DNA of 64,000 nucleotides, taken from positions 35,750,086-35,814,085 of the forward strand of contig NC_068993.1 of assembly GCF_001194135.2 (NCBI RefSeq), written 5' to 3'. The translations under genes and the position numbers were made by a program. How positions within the stretch are numbered: the stretch's first letter is position 1; each line of letters begins with the position of its first letter. The DNA is from Octopus bimaculoides (Eukaryota). The notes under the pieces were generated by a model. That model was not told where the DNA came from. It saw only the letters and a list, made by a program, of their open reading frames with translations, and did no database searches. This document shows, piece by piece, positions 1 through 13,779 of the stretch.

Positions 1-1611
1 TTTTATACATAAATACAAAAAGTAATTCGTGTAAAGCATTTTGTTCGGCGCTAACGTATGTATATCATATATACAATGTCGGTGATCTCAACTAAAATTG
101 GATAATATTATGTCATGTTTAAAACATGAGATATGGAACATTGTGTGTAACTGCAGAGCAGGATTAATGCAGACCTAAACTTGTTTGGAAACTGTTCAAG
201 TTTCTTTGAGGAATCCTAATTCAACACAGATGAACGATTCATTTTAATAAGATTCTGAAAATTAAAACAACGAAGTAATAAAAAAATTTGTTTACATCAA
301 CTCGAATGGGACCCGTCCTTCACCTTCGTACAGATAATTTAACATTTCAATATCTTATTAAAATATTGTAATTTAACATTACAATATCTTATTAAATATA
401 AGACGTAGATGACAGAATCAGCTAAGAATCGGGCCCAATTCCGTATTCTAGCGAGCTGCATCCATTTGACTTCTGAATTAAATTCTTTCTCGGGCAATTT
501 GGAATCCCTTTTTATCCCTGAAATTGGTCAATTAAATAATTACTTATAAATGTATTATTTAGCCACAGGTCAGTTCTGATCGAGTAGATTTATGATCTAC
601 AGCATACCAGCTATGATCCGACCATGTGCTGAGAACTCGAGACCATATTATTCAGCGTTTTCTTTTCTAAGAAAGTAGGTTGTGATGTGAGAGATGTTTG
701 GCTATTATTTCTTTCTATCGGGATAACGTAGATAATAGCTACACCGGGCATAAGGCTTACACTATTTACTCTTATGACCTCAATGTTTTCAATTTATATT
801 TTACCAAGGTTGATGCTATGCAACAAAGCAGCCTATTGGCGCTGTTTCGTTTATGAGAATGACAAATCCCCACACTTTTGAGCAGTGCAAAAACCAGGTA
901 CGTCACCACGGTTATAAAGAAGCATATTTTTAACTGGACGTATTGCGTTGAGTGTCCACCTCACAGGGGCTCGGGTTCGAATGAGAATTCCCCTTCTCAA
1001 TAATTCTATCAGGGGCAAGTAAACTTGGATTTAATATAAAGTAAAGTCAGCCCCGGTAAGATTGACATAATTAAATAATGATATGAGGGAACCTACTGAT
1101 AAGCATTAAGGGGTAACTCCTTAAATACAGCACTCCACGAGCAGGGTTTGATCTTCCCAATAAAACAGTTTCTGCTGTGTGCACGTCACAAATACATTAC
1201 AGAAAAGAATCACGATTTTCATATTCAACGCGACTAAAATATACAGATGTGAAGATTCAATCGAGAGAAATTACTTAAGACTCTTAATAAGAATTGTTCA
1301 CTGGTTTATGAAGTTACCGGCCTTGATGATGATAAGAACAGAGTTGATTAATGTTGGTAAGTCATATAAAAAGAGAAGATCATAAATTCATTAAATTATG
1401 AATATACTCGAAGTCGAACATTTATACCTACACATATACATACTAAGACATATATACTTATAAGTATACATATAAATAGAGTGAGAAATATGTATATGTG
1501 GGAGGTGCACATGCGCGCGTGTGTATCTATATATATATATATATATATATATGTATACATATAAAGATAGATATATGCATATGCATATATATCTATATCT
1601 ATCTATCTATC

Positions 1612-1668
<57 letters not shown>

Positions 1669-2328
1669 GTATGTATATATGTATATATATATATACAGAT
1701 AAGTAAATATATAGAGAGGTAAATAATTAGATAGATACGCAGAGAGACAGAGATTTGGTACGAAGTAATGTAAGAGTTGCATGCGATAAATTCTGGAAAT
1801 ATAGTGATGAGTAGTGAGATTTTATTAGCAGTTATAATTATAGACCATTTATTTGGAATATTTATCTGGTGAATCTGAGGAGTTTTTATATTTTTTATCT
1901 GGTGAAAACAGCTGTCAGAAATTAAATGTAATTCTAGACTACATGAAGATGATATTATCTACTATATTTTATACATCATTAAGAATAATTAATCGCCAAT
2001 ACGTATCGTATTGATATCTTAGAAGCTGTTTATAGCTTATTATAGCTTAATAAAGCTTTATATATCTTCATATGTTTTCGTATGTATGTGAGTGTGTGCG
2101 TGTGTACGTGTGTTCATTTACATGCACGCACACATGTATATACGTATATATTTGTGCATATATATATATATATTCGACGGCCTTCTTTCAGTCTCCGTCT
2201 ACCAAATTCGCTTACAAAGTTTTGGTTGGCCACAGGTTATGGTAAAATACACCTACCCAAAGTACTATGAAGTGGGATTCAACGCAGAACAAATTAGTTG
2301 GAAAGCAAGCTCGTTACCCGCCCTCTTT

Positions 2329-2395
<67 letters not shown>

Positions 2396-5300
2396 TACAT
2401 ATGTGTGTGTGTACATAGATACATACGTACAAACTTATATATATATATAAGTGAGTTTGAAGGGGTGTATCATCCGGGCGGATGCCGTATTAGCTCTCAG
2501 TTAAGTTCCAGTTAACGGCTAACTACAAAGATCAATACCTAACGTCTGTGTCTACATTTAGTCGTTAGTCATTGCACCGACAATATTGCGAGGTTGCATT
2601 TGCAACAGTGAGTAGTCGCCGCAGCGGAAACACGTGCAGGCTATTATAGTATGCTGTATATAACTATAAAATGAATTTTGTGGGTGTACATATTATTGTG
2701 TGTCTGCGCGCGCGCGCGTGTGTGTGAATATCTTTGACAATAGGCTTGGTTTCATAATAGGCCTGTCTTTTCTAATGTCCTTGCCTAAATTCAGGTCAAC
2801 TCTTGTCGACCAGGTTTATTATCAATGACATTCACAACATGATCATCCAGGGATATCTAGAACTTCACTACTGCATATGTCCTTCCCTTTTTGAATGAGG
2901 TGGGTCTGCTTGGGGTGATATATCAACCTTGTAGGGTGTCCATTTTTTCAGTTAGAAGTAAATATTCTGTACTCGAGTTAATCTGAAGATCAATCAAAAT
3001 AATCTTCAAAATATGTCATAGTCTTTATTCATTCTGTTCGAACTGGCAGAATCGTTAGAACTTTTCGGTATTTCTCCCGATTTTTATGATCACAGTTCAA
3101 AGTTTGCCAGCATCATCTTAAAGCAAAGTATCACCCTTTTGCCTCAATTAAAAACAATTATTACCTTCCTGTGGTGTAGTTTAAAGTAACCTGTCTTTGA
3201 GCAGTAATATATAAGATTATTTACTCTGTATTATTATGTTTTTTTTAGACAAGGCCGCTGCTCATTCGCCCAACCTTTCTTGTTTTTGGAGAAAGCGATA
3301 TTGTTTGTTGTCTCCCAGGATTCTTCTCACAGCGCATCTGAGTCGGTTCGAAGAGTAAGTGGGTGGAGTCAGTCGCCGAGTATTTGACTCGTACTTTATT
3401 CCAGAAAGAAGAAATGTTGTGCTAACATCGGTGGCCTTTTTAGCTCAATATCATTTATCACGGTTTTTAAATAATAATCTGTAGTACATATACCATTGAA
3501 TTATACATTTTTAGCCGTCATTTAAAATATTTTTTCAGTAAAATAGAATAAATTCAGCAAATAAAGGTACCAGAGTTACATAATTCTAAGTCGAACTAAA
3601 TGGTTTAGATAGAAAGTGAATATTCTTTTATTTCAGTTCGAAGTGAAGAACATTAGCAGAAGAACTGTATCTACGAACGCATGATCTTGTAACGGTTACT
3701 GTAATTACATTTCCTCAAAATATGTTCTTAAAGTGATGTTGATCCATAATATATAATCACACTCTCTGATTTTTACATTTCTTTATTCTCGCGCCAAATT
3801 ACTATTGTTGTAATTGTTTACAACAGATCAACCATGATGGAACACACCTCTGAGAAAAAGCATTCCGCTCGTGACCCACATGTCTGGCTTTTATTTAACA
3901 AGTAGACTCTAGTCTAGCGATGGTCTGTCCTCGAGCAGGCTCAGTGCATAGGCACCTTCTCCAGTACTCTCTATACGACCTGAGAGGGCCCGTACTTCTC
4001 TCTCCGCCACTACCTCTGCTAAGTAGATACCTGGAAGATACACAGTATACAATCTCTGTGGATGCGCCAACGATCCTGCCAATTTCGACCCGCAGAGCAA
4101 CGTGAAATGAAGTGCTTTGCTCAAGAACACGCTAGATCGAACCCACGATCTAGAAATGGTGAGTGCAACACCCTGGCTAAGCCATACGTTTTCTCATACC
4201 CCTATATTTCCTTGTTTAATATGTTCTTTCTTTTAGATACGGTACAGTTGCTGTTTTAGAATATAAGTCTTTTCCGGCATATAAGTTGAATTTTTCAGTG
4301 TAAATTTAACTAAAATTTATATGCAAATATAATAGAGCGACTTTTCCACTAAGTTGAGTGCCAAAAATTCAATGTGAAATGAAGCAGGATTTGAAAAGGT
4401 ATTAACGATGTTTGAATGTTTACACTATCTACTACGTCGATTTGTATGTCGGAAAATAGCGTATTTTGCGACTAGGTAGGGAATACAATTACCAAGGAAT
4501 TACTCCACCTGTTGCCCTTCGATTACATTTTAGTTTGAGGGTGAGTATCGTACTGTAAATGGTGTATCGACGCTTGAGAATGGACTACTCTATTCAAAGA
4601 AAGCTCTTTTAAGCAAGATTACTATGGGGTTACAGTGTCAGAAGAATAGTTTATATTATCTTCAGGAATAAGCTAAAATTCCTAAATTTCCCAATTGTAA
4701 TTGCGAGCATGAGATTTCATTTTATCGTTATTGCATTTGATTTGCCATACTAATTTCCTTATAGGTGGCATCTGTCTTTTACAGATCACTATGGTTTGTT
4801 TTTAGTGAGCAAGTCAATTTCCTCAAACACTGAAAACTGGGGAAGAAAAACAGCTACACGTACATAACAATTGCATTAAGAATTGACAATTAAAATAAAA
4901 CGCAATGCCTTATAAATATTTTACTTAAAAGGTAGGTTTACAGATTTCGGAACTGTACTTGTTTCGCAAGTGATTTGATCATAAACCGTGTCTAAGGCAA
5001 CTCAGAGAGAAATACATTAAATGTTGTTATGCATTTTAGGAATTCTGCATTACTCTAAGACTACTGAAGAGGTTCCAAAGTGAGTCTGTTTCAGATAATT
5101 TTAAAGCGGAACATTTCCCTTTGCTTTTACTATAGAATATCAAATGTACATGATATTATAACACAATAAAGCTATAAAAATCGGAACATTTGACATCAAC
5201 GGATTGCTGACAATGAGTCATCATCGATTCAAATTTGTTAGTTCCCACAATATAAATAAATTTTAGATTATTTTGTAGTTTTTAATGTGTGATGTTTTTA

Positions 5301-5489
5301 TAATTTAAGAAATAGGGATGAAAGAACTTATGAAAACTATGATGTAATTTCCGGTTAAATAACATTAGTGTAAATAGAATAAATTCAGATGAGATTAAAC
5401 CTCAATGAATGAAATACATGCTTATACATGTGTGTGTGTCTGTGTGTTTGTGTGTGTGTGTGTGTGTGTGTATGTGTGTGTGTGTGCGT

Positions 5490-5522
<33 letters not shown>

Positions 5523-6039
5523 TCTGTGTGTGTGTTTGTCTGTGTGAATGCATTTATGCATGCATCTGTATATTCGTTGGGTACATTTAAGTATTTTATG
5601 GAAATCAATTAATTTCAGTAGTGTTAACCACCACTCCCAAGCGATTATGATTTAGTGACATACCCTATGCTTTCGATAATTGTTTTAGGTGCCAATGTGA
5701 ACATAGGAAATCTTTTCCGACTCCTCACGTTTGACCCTTCGAAACAGCAGAGTGGTTTGAATCAAGATGATGGTACCGCCCGGTACAAAACTCGAAACTT
5801 TGACCTGATGACCGTAAACTAAACACTCTAAACGATACACCAAGAGTAGAATAAATTAAATGAAAAATGGGGAAAGCTACTAACAATGCAGAAAGTTTTT
5901 AAAACTTTAATATTTCGAGCGCAAAGACCCATCTCCAGAAGGATACGATCAAAGAAATGTGTGTTCTCTTAGATGCTGCCATTTTCGATAGCCAGATGAG
6001 CAATGACTCCGCTTTAGTCCAATGATGGTGTTGTTAGTG

Positions 6040-6610
6040 CCGGGCTGTAGAGATCACACAGGGGACAATGGTAGAAGTCTGGCTGTAAGTTGGTAGCAGT
6101 GGTGGGAAATGCGGTTGTGGATGGTACCGTCGTTGTAGTTGGTGGTGGAAGTAATCGATATCTGCGTGGTTTTGATGATGGTGGTAAGTGTCGTTGTAAT
6201 CGATGGTGGTGTTGGTGGTATAACCACCACCAAAGAGATAAACACTTCCATACTAGCCAAGTAGAAGAATACAGGCAATCTCCGTATCACCGACTTAATC
6301 CGAAAACCAGTAGTAGATCGGAGTGGGGCCGGTGGCACCTGTGAATGTAATACCAACCATTGCTGCAACCATGACCAGCGACTACTACGACGTACTATAC
6401 CAACAACGCCATCATCGACTGCCACTAAACTTACCACCACTGTCATCTATGGCGATTTACACAACAGCATCAGCGTCTGCTGCCACGGAATTTACCATTA
6501 TTATGACCACCGACTACAGCTACGGAGTTCACCACACTACTGCTGCCAACCTGCATCCAGTCTGCCACCACCATCCCCTATGTGACTTCTACAGCACGGC
6601 ATTAACATTT
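6040..6610. repeat. Diverged inverted pair of ACC/GGT-rich sequences
   Basis: The reverse complement of ~6040-6105 (CCACCACTGCTACCAACTTACAGCCAGACTTCTACCATTGTCCCCTGTGTGATCTCTACAGCCCGGCACTAACA) aligns with ~6533-6608 (CACACTACTGCTGCCAACCTGCATCCAGTCTGCCACCACCATCCCCTATGTGACTTCTACAGCACGGCATTAACA). Confidence 0.6.
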
Positions 6611-7057
6611 GGAGAGCTGCTACTACTAACACAGGCTAAAACGAGGTACGGTACAGCCAACCAAAATGACAGGATCTAAGTAAGCTCACATTACTTTGAC
6701 TGTATGCTTCTGAAAATAGGCGGTTACGCCTGAAATATGAAGAGTTTTTTTTTTACCCGCTTCATTGTTAGAAGCTTTCCTCATTTCTTATTCCATTTAT
6801 TCTTTAACTCCTATACTACAATGCTTCAAGCAAACTTATATGCTCTCGTTTCAATATGCCAAGCGTTTTCTATAAGTATTTTGAGCATTCTTTGAGTAAA
6901 TGAATTTTTAAATATCAATAAATGTATGATTTGCTGAGAAATATTAATTCTATACAATGTTTAATATGGTGAGTTTATACCTTTAATAATAATATAACTT
7001 CTACAAAATCTCCGGAGATTCAAGAGACTTTTACGAGCTAATATTAATTCTCTTTCT

Positions 7058-7500
7058 AAGGCGGCGAGTTGGCAGAAACGTTAGCACGCCGGGCGAAATG
7101 CGTAGCGGTATTTAGTCTGCCGTTACGTTCTGAGTTCAAATTCCGCCGAAGTCGACTTTGTCTTTCATCCTTTCGGGGTCGATAAATTAATTTCTAGTTA
7201 CGCACTGGGGTCGATGTAATCGACTTAATCCCTTTGTCTGTCCTTGTTTGTCTCCTCTATGTTTAGCCTCTTGTGAGCAATAAAGAAATAAGAAACTTTA
7301 CCACACCGGGCACAATGCTCAGCGGTAGGTATTTTGTCTGTCTTCGTGTTCTGAGTTCAAATCAGCCGAGGTCGACTTTGCATTTCATCCTTTCGAGGTA
7401 GGTATAATAAGTACCACTTCAGCATTGGGGTTGATGTAATCGATTTATCTCCTTTCTCCAAATTGCTGGTTTTGTGTCAAAATTTGAAACCAATATTAAT
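7058..7500 (+). mobile_element. Two tandem tRNA-derived SINEs with a Deu/Nin-like central domain
   Basis: The head GGCGGCGAGTTGGCAGAAACGTTAGC...GAGTTCAAATTCC (A/B-box-like) is followed by CTTTCATCCTTTCGGGGTCGATAAA...TGGGGTCGATGTAATCG. The first copy is well preserved. Confidence 0.85.
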
Positions 7501-7882
7501 TATGTCACTACTTGATTTGATATGTAAACAGAACGCATCTCGATAATAAATTTCCGACCATGAGTGGTTAACCGAACTCATTGGAATAGTCCGTGAGTGG
7601 TTGAATGCGTAACTTTAATATAATTCTTAGGCAGAGAAAGAATGATAGTGCATGACGAGGCTGGATTTTTAATTTACTAGTACAATCTGCTTGAAGGACT
7701 TCCAAATAGTTTCTGTCCACCCAATTTCACTCATACTGAATGAATTTATTCAAGGTTATATAGAAAATGGCATTCCCCTAAAATGTCAGGCATGGGATCG
7801 AAACCGTGATCTTGTGATTAGGAAAGAAACTGCTTAATCATTTGGCTATACTGTACCTATGTTTGATACGAACATTTCCAAC

Positions 7883-7916
<34 letters not shown>

Positions 7917-7960
7917 ACACATCCATATACATACACATATATTTATATATACATATGCAT

Positions 7961-7994
<34 letters not shown>

Positions 7995-8006
7995 TCTCTA
8001 TCTCTC

Positions 8007-8056
<50 letters not shown>

Positions 8057-9021
8057 TCTCTCTCTCTCTCCCTCTCTCTCTCTCTCTCACATACATATAT
8101 GTATATATCAATTAACGAATCAAAAAAGAACGAGAGTAACATAACCACTTTTATTAGCTTACAGCCGTTTCTACTACAGGAAACTGAGTGTTCGTGTGAC
8201 ATCCTATAGCTTCCTCTGAGCCATTTAAATGAGTATATGTTTATTGCAGAAAGCTTTTTAATACATATGCTTAAATAGGCAGACGCATGTGCATTTTATA
8301 TAGAGAGCTATCTATCGCAAGAAACCTGATCTATCAAGTAATATCATCAGATCATGTATTATCCACGAGTTTCACTGAAGTAGATACAAAACTAACAACC
8401 TATTAGCTGGTGGTTAAATTGTAGAGGCAAAATACTGCTGCTCTGCCTCTATGATAAGAGTATGTCGTAAATTAGCATCTATATTAACTATAAAGTAAAT
8501 ATTGATATTCCAATACAACACGAAATTTAAGACACCTACTTTAACAAATATACGTATATGTTACAAACCTATATATTATTGCTGTAAAATCTAACTTGGG
8601 GAATAAACACTCTCGGCAGCAAGGCATAAGTATCATATTTACTGTAATTTCTGTTTTCGTTGAGTCTTCAATAGTTATATTAGATTATGTTTCTCTCTAT
8701 AAATTACATAATCTATAATTTTGCATAACATATTGCATTTAATCATATTTAAAACATAAAATTTATTATTTATTCATGACATATATGAAGTTTCAACAAC
8801 TGAGGTAATATAATTCTAAGTTACCATTTTTGAATTTCGTTTCGAGCTTCAAGACTTTTTTAATATATGCTGCTTATTCTGGAAATTAAATCGAATATTT
8901 CTAACAAGATCTATTCACATATTATTGCGAACCATAAGATTCTAGCGAATAACAATTTCAGTAACTTATGATAAAGTAAAAAAAAATTGAGGAATCTGAA
9001 AGATGATTTTTATATTTATAA

Positions 9022-9256
9022 TTAACGCCTTCCGGCAGATTCGAATGCGCATATGCTAGTCGTTGTTGCATACATCACAGAACAACTATTTACTGGGTCC
9101 TTCTGGTTGAGGAAACGCATGTCAAAATATCGGTGTCCCAGAATCTCTTGCACCAATGATCTGAATGTGTTTTGAACACATTGTCGTCATAGAAATGAGT
9201 TCTCCTGTGACGAAGCGACTAGCATATCCGCGTTGGAATCTGCTGGAATGTGTTAA
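9022..9256. mobile_element. 227-bp MITE flanked by TTAA (piggyBac-like)
   Basis: TTAA at 9022-9025 and 9253-9256. The 37-bp terminal inverted repeats match at 31/37 positions. Confidence 0.7.
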
Positions 9257-10059
9257 GAATGAATATGAAAATCACTGTTTATAATAAAGTAATTTGGTAC
9301 TAAAAAGCCAAGACTTATCACATCGGTTCTCAACTAAGGTCCATATGGCCCACGAGGGTCCATACGAGCCACGAGAGTCCATATAAGATTAGTGGGGTGT
9401 CCACGCAAGAAAATAGTTAATTGGGTATCTACAATAGTATCTTAATGAGCCCTGAAAAAAATTTGCTTTAAATCTGTGTAGTGATATGTATAACAAGAAA
9501 CAGCTAGGTTTCTTTCTCTAATATTTTTCGTAGCTCACCCTAAACAAGTTAATGCGGGAAAAACAAAATAGGAATTTTAAAAGAAATTTCTATAAAACTA
9601 ATTTTAAACATCGAAGGACAGCAGAGTAAAATAGGAGAACAATAAAAATTTGAACTAAGTGTTTAAACAGTATTCACTTTGGAAGAACCACTTATTTTAT
9701 CAGAGCTTGATAAAATAATACTTATAAACAAAAATACATTCATTATACATCTGACTTGTGTTTAGTCAAAGCAGATCACTATTACAAATTTTGGTGGCAT
9801 GGAATATAACAAAAGTGCTAAATTACTTACGTAATTTATATGACGTCTTATCACAAATCACGCACAGACAATGATAAGACTTTGTGACTTGTGAGAACAA
9901 GATAACATTTTCATTATTATTCATTAAGGTAGAGAATACGTCAATGAAAGGTTAACTACAAGGTACAGTTCCTATTTCCAGTCACATTGCTTTTCAATCA
10001 ATATTTCGCTTACGACAAACTGCACCGAGTGCTAATACGATTATTTCTTAAACCAATGA

Positions 10060-10104
<45 letters not shown>

Positions 10105-12193
10105 NNNNNNNNNNNNNNNNNNNNNNNNNNNNNNNNNNNNNNNNNNNNNNNNNNNNNNNNNNNNNNNNNNNNNNNNNNNNNNNNNNNNNNNNNNNNNNNN
10201 NNNNNNNNNNNNNNNNNNNNNNNNNNNNNNNNNNNNNNNNNNNNNNNNNNNNNNNNNNNNNNNNNNNNNNNNNNNNNNNNNNNNNNNNNNNNNNNNNNNN
10301 NNNNNNNNNNNNNNNNNNNNNNNNNNNNNNNNNNNNNNNNNNNNNNNNNNNNNNNNNNNNNNNNNNNNNNNNNNNNNNNNNNNNNNNNNNNNNNNNNNNN
10401 NNNNNNNNNNNNNNNNNNNNNNNNNNNNNNNNNNNNNNNNNNNNNNNNNNNNNNNNNNNNNNNNNNNNNNNNNNNNNNNNNNNNNNNNNNNNNNNNNNNN
10501 NNNNNNNNNNNNNNNNNNNNNNNNNNNNNNNNNNNNNNNNNNNNNNNNNNNNNNNNNNNNNNNNNNNNNNNNNNNNNNNNNNNNNNNNNNNNNNNNNNNN
10601 NNNNNNNNNNNNNNNNNNNNNNNNNNNNNNNNNNNNNNNNNNNNNNNNNNNNTCTTATATATATATATATGAAAATTTTCAATTCATAGGCAGGCTTATT
10701 GATTGTAAGTTTATGTATTTAAGTCCGCTATATACTTTTTAATTAATATTTGTATAAACCCATATATCAATTTAATAAAATACGTTAATTAATCACTACA
10801 CGCAGTGATACGAATTGTTCAATCACAACAGGTACAAACTTGTTATACCAGTGGACGCAGGAAAATGAAGAACAAGCAATAATAGTTGATGTTTAGATAA
10901 AATACTGTGTAAATAATTGAATCCACTCGCTGTATTGGATTACTTCTGTAGCCGTCGATACGTATTTATAGTTATATTAGTTATACTTAATGGAATGAAG
11001 TTTTAGAATAAAGTATTTTTTTAAAAAACACAGCCTTGCGTGCGGGCTCCCACACTACCACACTCATATATGTAAATATATATACATACATGTATAAATA
11101 TATATATATATATATATTTATATATTTATATATATATATATATNNNNNNNNNNNNNNNNNNNNNNNNNNNNNNNNNNNNNNNNNNNNNNNNNNNNNNNNN
11201 NNNNNNNNNNNNNNNNNNNNNNNNNNNNNNNNNNNNNNNNNNNNNNNNNNNNNNNNNNNNNNNNNNNNNNNNNNNNNNNNNNNNNNNNNNNNNNNNNNNN
11301 NNNNNNNNNNNNNNNNNNNNNNNNNNNNNNNNNNNNNNNNNNNNNNNNNNNNNNNNNNNNNNNNNNNNNNNNNNNNNNNNNNNNNNNNNNNNNNNNNNNN
11401 NNNNNNNNNNNNNNNNNNNNNNNNNNNNNNNNNNNNNNNNNNNNNNNNNNNNNNNNNNNNNNNNNNNNNNNNNNNNNNNNNNNNNNNNNNNNNNNNNNNN
11501 NNNNNNNNNNNNNNNNNNNNNNNNNNNNNNNNNNNNNNNNNNNNNNNNNNNNNNNNNNNNNNNNNNNNATATAAACATACGGGCTCTCACACGTAGATAC
11601 AGATACATATATGCATGTGTGCCGGTACCAAAACAACCATCCACTACCATTCATAGCAGTCCAAAAAACATACAATGGCAGCAAACAACATGAATCTACC
11701 AACTGCTACAAAATTTGAACCAAGGCGGACGAGTGGAACGGCCTTGAAGTCGAAGATTTTTAACTAACGGAGACAACACAATATCACCTGAGGAAACACA
11801 ACTGGATCTCATTATACAAACAAACAGTTCCATAATCAAACACACGCATACATACATATTACATATAACACTTATATAGTATATTGAGAATTAATATATA
11901 CTCTACACATAATGTATACAACTCAGAAATGCGTTCAAATATATATATGTATATAAAATCTGTCATATTATTAAATAATAGCCGAAATAAAGTTTGATGG
12001 TTGGGTCGTTGATTTCTTCGTTCACATTTCAAATTTAGACAGAAAACGTACAAGAGTACAAGAGATAGAAAGGCTAACAAGAAAAGTACAGGATGAGAGT
12101 GCATTCTAAGCACGGTGATGGCGATGAGTAAATGAACGCTATACAGACACGATGAAAGAAGGTATCATACAGAAAGAGGGGAGGGAATGTGTA

Positions 12194-12244
<51 letters not shown>

Positions 12245-12638
12245 GGTTAGTTTTCATTGTTTTTTGTTCTTGTTTTTGCCTTTGTGAGTTACAAGTAATG
12301 CTATCTGTTGGAGTCTCAGCTTTTTTAGCTGCTATTTCTGAACTTCGGTATGTGGTGAAGCAAATATTTGCTGATCCCTAAATTATGTTTATAAATATAT
12401 ATGAACTTTTAAATAAGTTCTCCGCCGATAATGGTGCTTACATACCGAAGGGCTTGGTANNNNNNNNNNNNNNNNNNNNNNNNNNNNNNNNNNNNNNNNN
12501 NNNNNNNNNNNNNNNNNNNNNNNNNNNNNNNNNNNNNNNNNNNNNNNNNNNNNNNNNNNNNNNNNNNNNNNNNNNNNNNNNNNNNNNNNNNNNNNNNNNN
12601 NNNNNNNNNNNNNNNNNNNNNNNNNNNNNNNNNNNNNN

Positions 12639-12669
<31 letters not shown>

Positions 12670-13098
12670 GTAGAGGGGAGACCGGTATGCATGGGCGACT
12701 GCTGGTCTTCTATAAAACAACTTTGCCCGGACTTGTGCCTCGGAGGGTAACTTTCTAGGTGCAAGCCCATGGTCAGTCATGACCGAAGGGGGTCTCAGCA
12801 TATATAATGGATACATACATACACACACACACTCACGCACACGCAAACACCCGCGAACACACATACATACATACATACACACACACACTCACACACACAA
12901 ACATACATACATACGTATATATATATATGTATGTCTGTATGTATGTATGCATGTATGTATGTATGTACGCGTGCGCAGTTAGAGCTACCTGCAACTTTCA
13001 TGAGGCAGTGTACCAAGTGACATCGCTGTGTTTTTTTTTCGCAAGATGTAAAATTTGTGTTTTGTGATAACGTGTATGCAGTAGTCTGCGATTTTGTC

Positions 13099-13430
13099 AT
13101 AGACAGGAAGTTGGAATAAAGAGTCAACGTGAAATTTTGCATTAAACTTGAGAAATCTGCTACAAAGACAGTGAGCATGCTTACGGCGACGAGGCAATGT
13201 GTCATATGCAATGTTTCGAGTGGCACGAGCGCTTCAAAAGTGGAAGATCGTCGCCGGAAGATAATCTGGAAGACATGCCATGAGCGTCACACCCGGAAAT
13301 GTGGAAAGCTTTCATCAGCTTGTGCATCAGGATTGTCGGAGAGACATTGCTGACGTTGTTGGTCTGTCGTATGGGTCCATGCAGGCAATCCTAACGTCTG
13401 CATTGAACATGTTGCATGTCTCTGCTAAGC
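13099..13430 (+). mobile_element. Mariner transposase N-terminal (HTH) remnant
   Basis: DRKLE*RVNVKFCIKLEKSATKTVSML..YGDEAM...CFEWHERFKSGRSS.ED...SVTPGNVESFHQLVHQD..DIADVVGLSYGSMQAILTSALNMLHVSAKL is a typical mariner paired-like DNA-binding region. The start codon has mutated to ATA and there are frameshifts. Confidence 0.85.
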
Positions 13431-13779
13431 TTATCCAACTTCTCTATCCGCTAGACTATGGATGTACTCCGCTAATCTCTACCACTCTCCTAACAGCCAT
13501 TTCCCCTAGAACTCCTTACCATACAAATTTCCATCCAGTATTTAAATGGTCAATGTCAATCAACATCACCATAATCTTCTTTAACTCTAATCTAATACAC
13601 TAATCAGGTCATTTCTCTATCCTCCTCTTTATTGAATAAAATATTTCAAACCTGCTGTAGATCCCTACATAAACTAGGAGCTCAGCAAAACTTCGATGTT
13701 ACTGTCACAAGAATTTATATGTATATAAGTGCGTAAATGTATATATAACATTCAGAACTAATGTGGGGAATTCAAAAAT

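Noticed and set aside
3319-3354. 36-nt plus-strand micro-exon candidate (CCCAG|...|GTAAGT)
   Set aside because: The donor abuts or derives from a SINE remnant, and there is no plus-strand gene to host it.
7058-7150. tRNA-like A/B boxes here and in other SINE heads
   Set aside because: They run into SINE bodies, have no complete cloverleaf, and occur in many diverged copies, so they are not tRNA genes.
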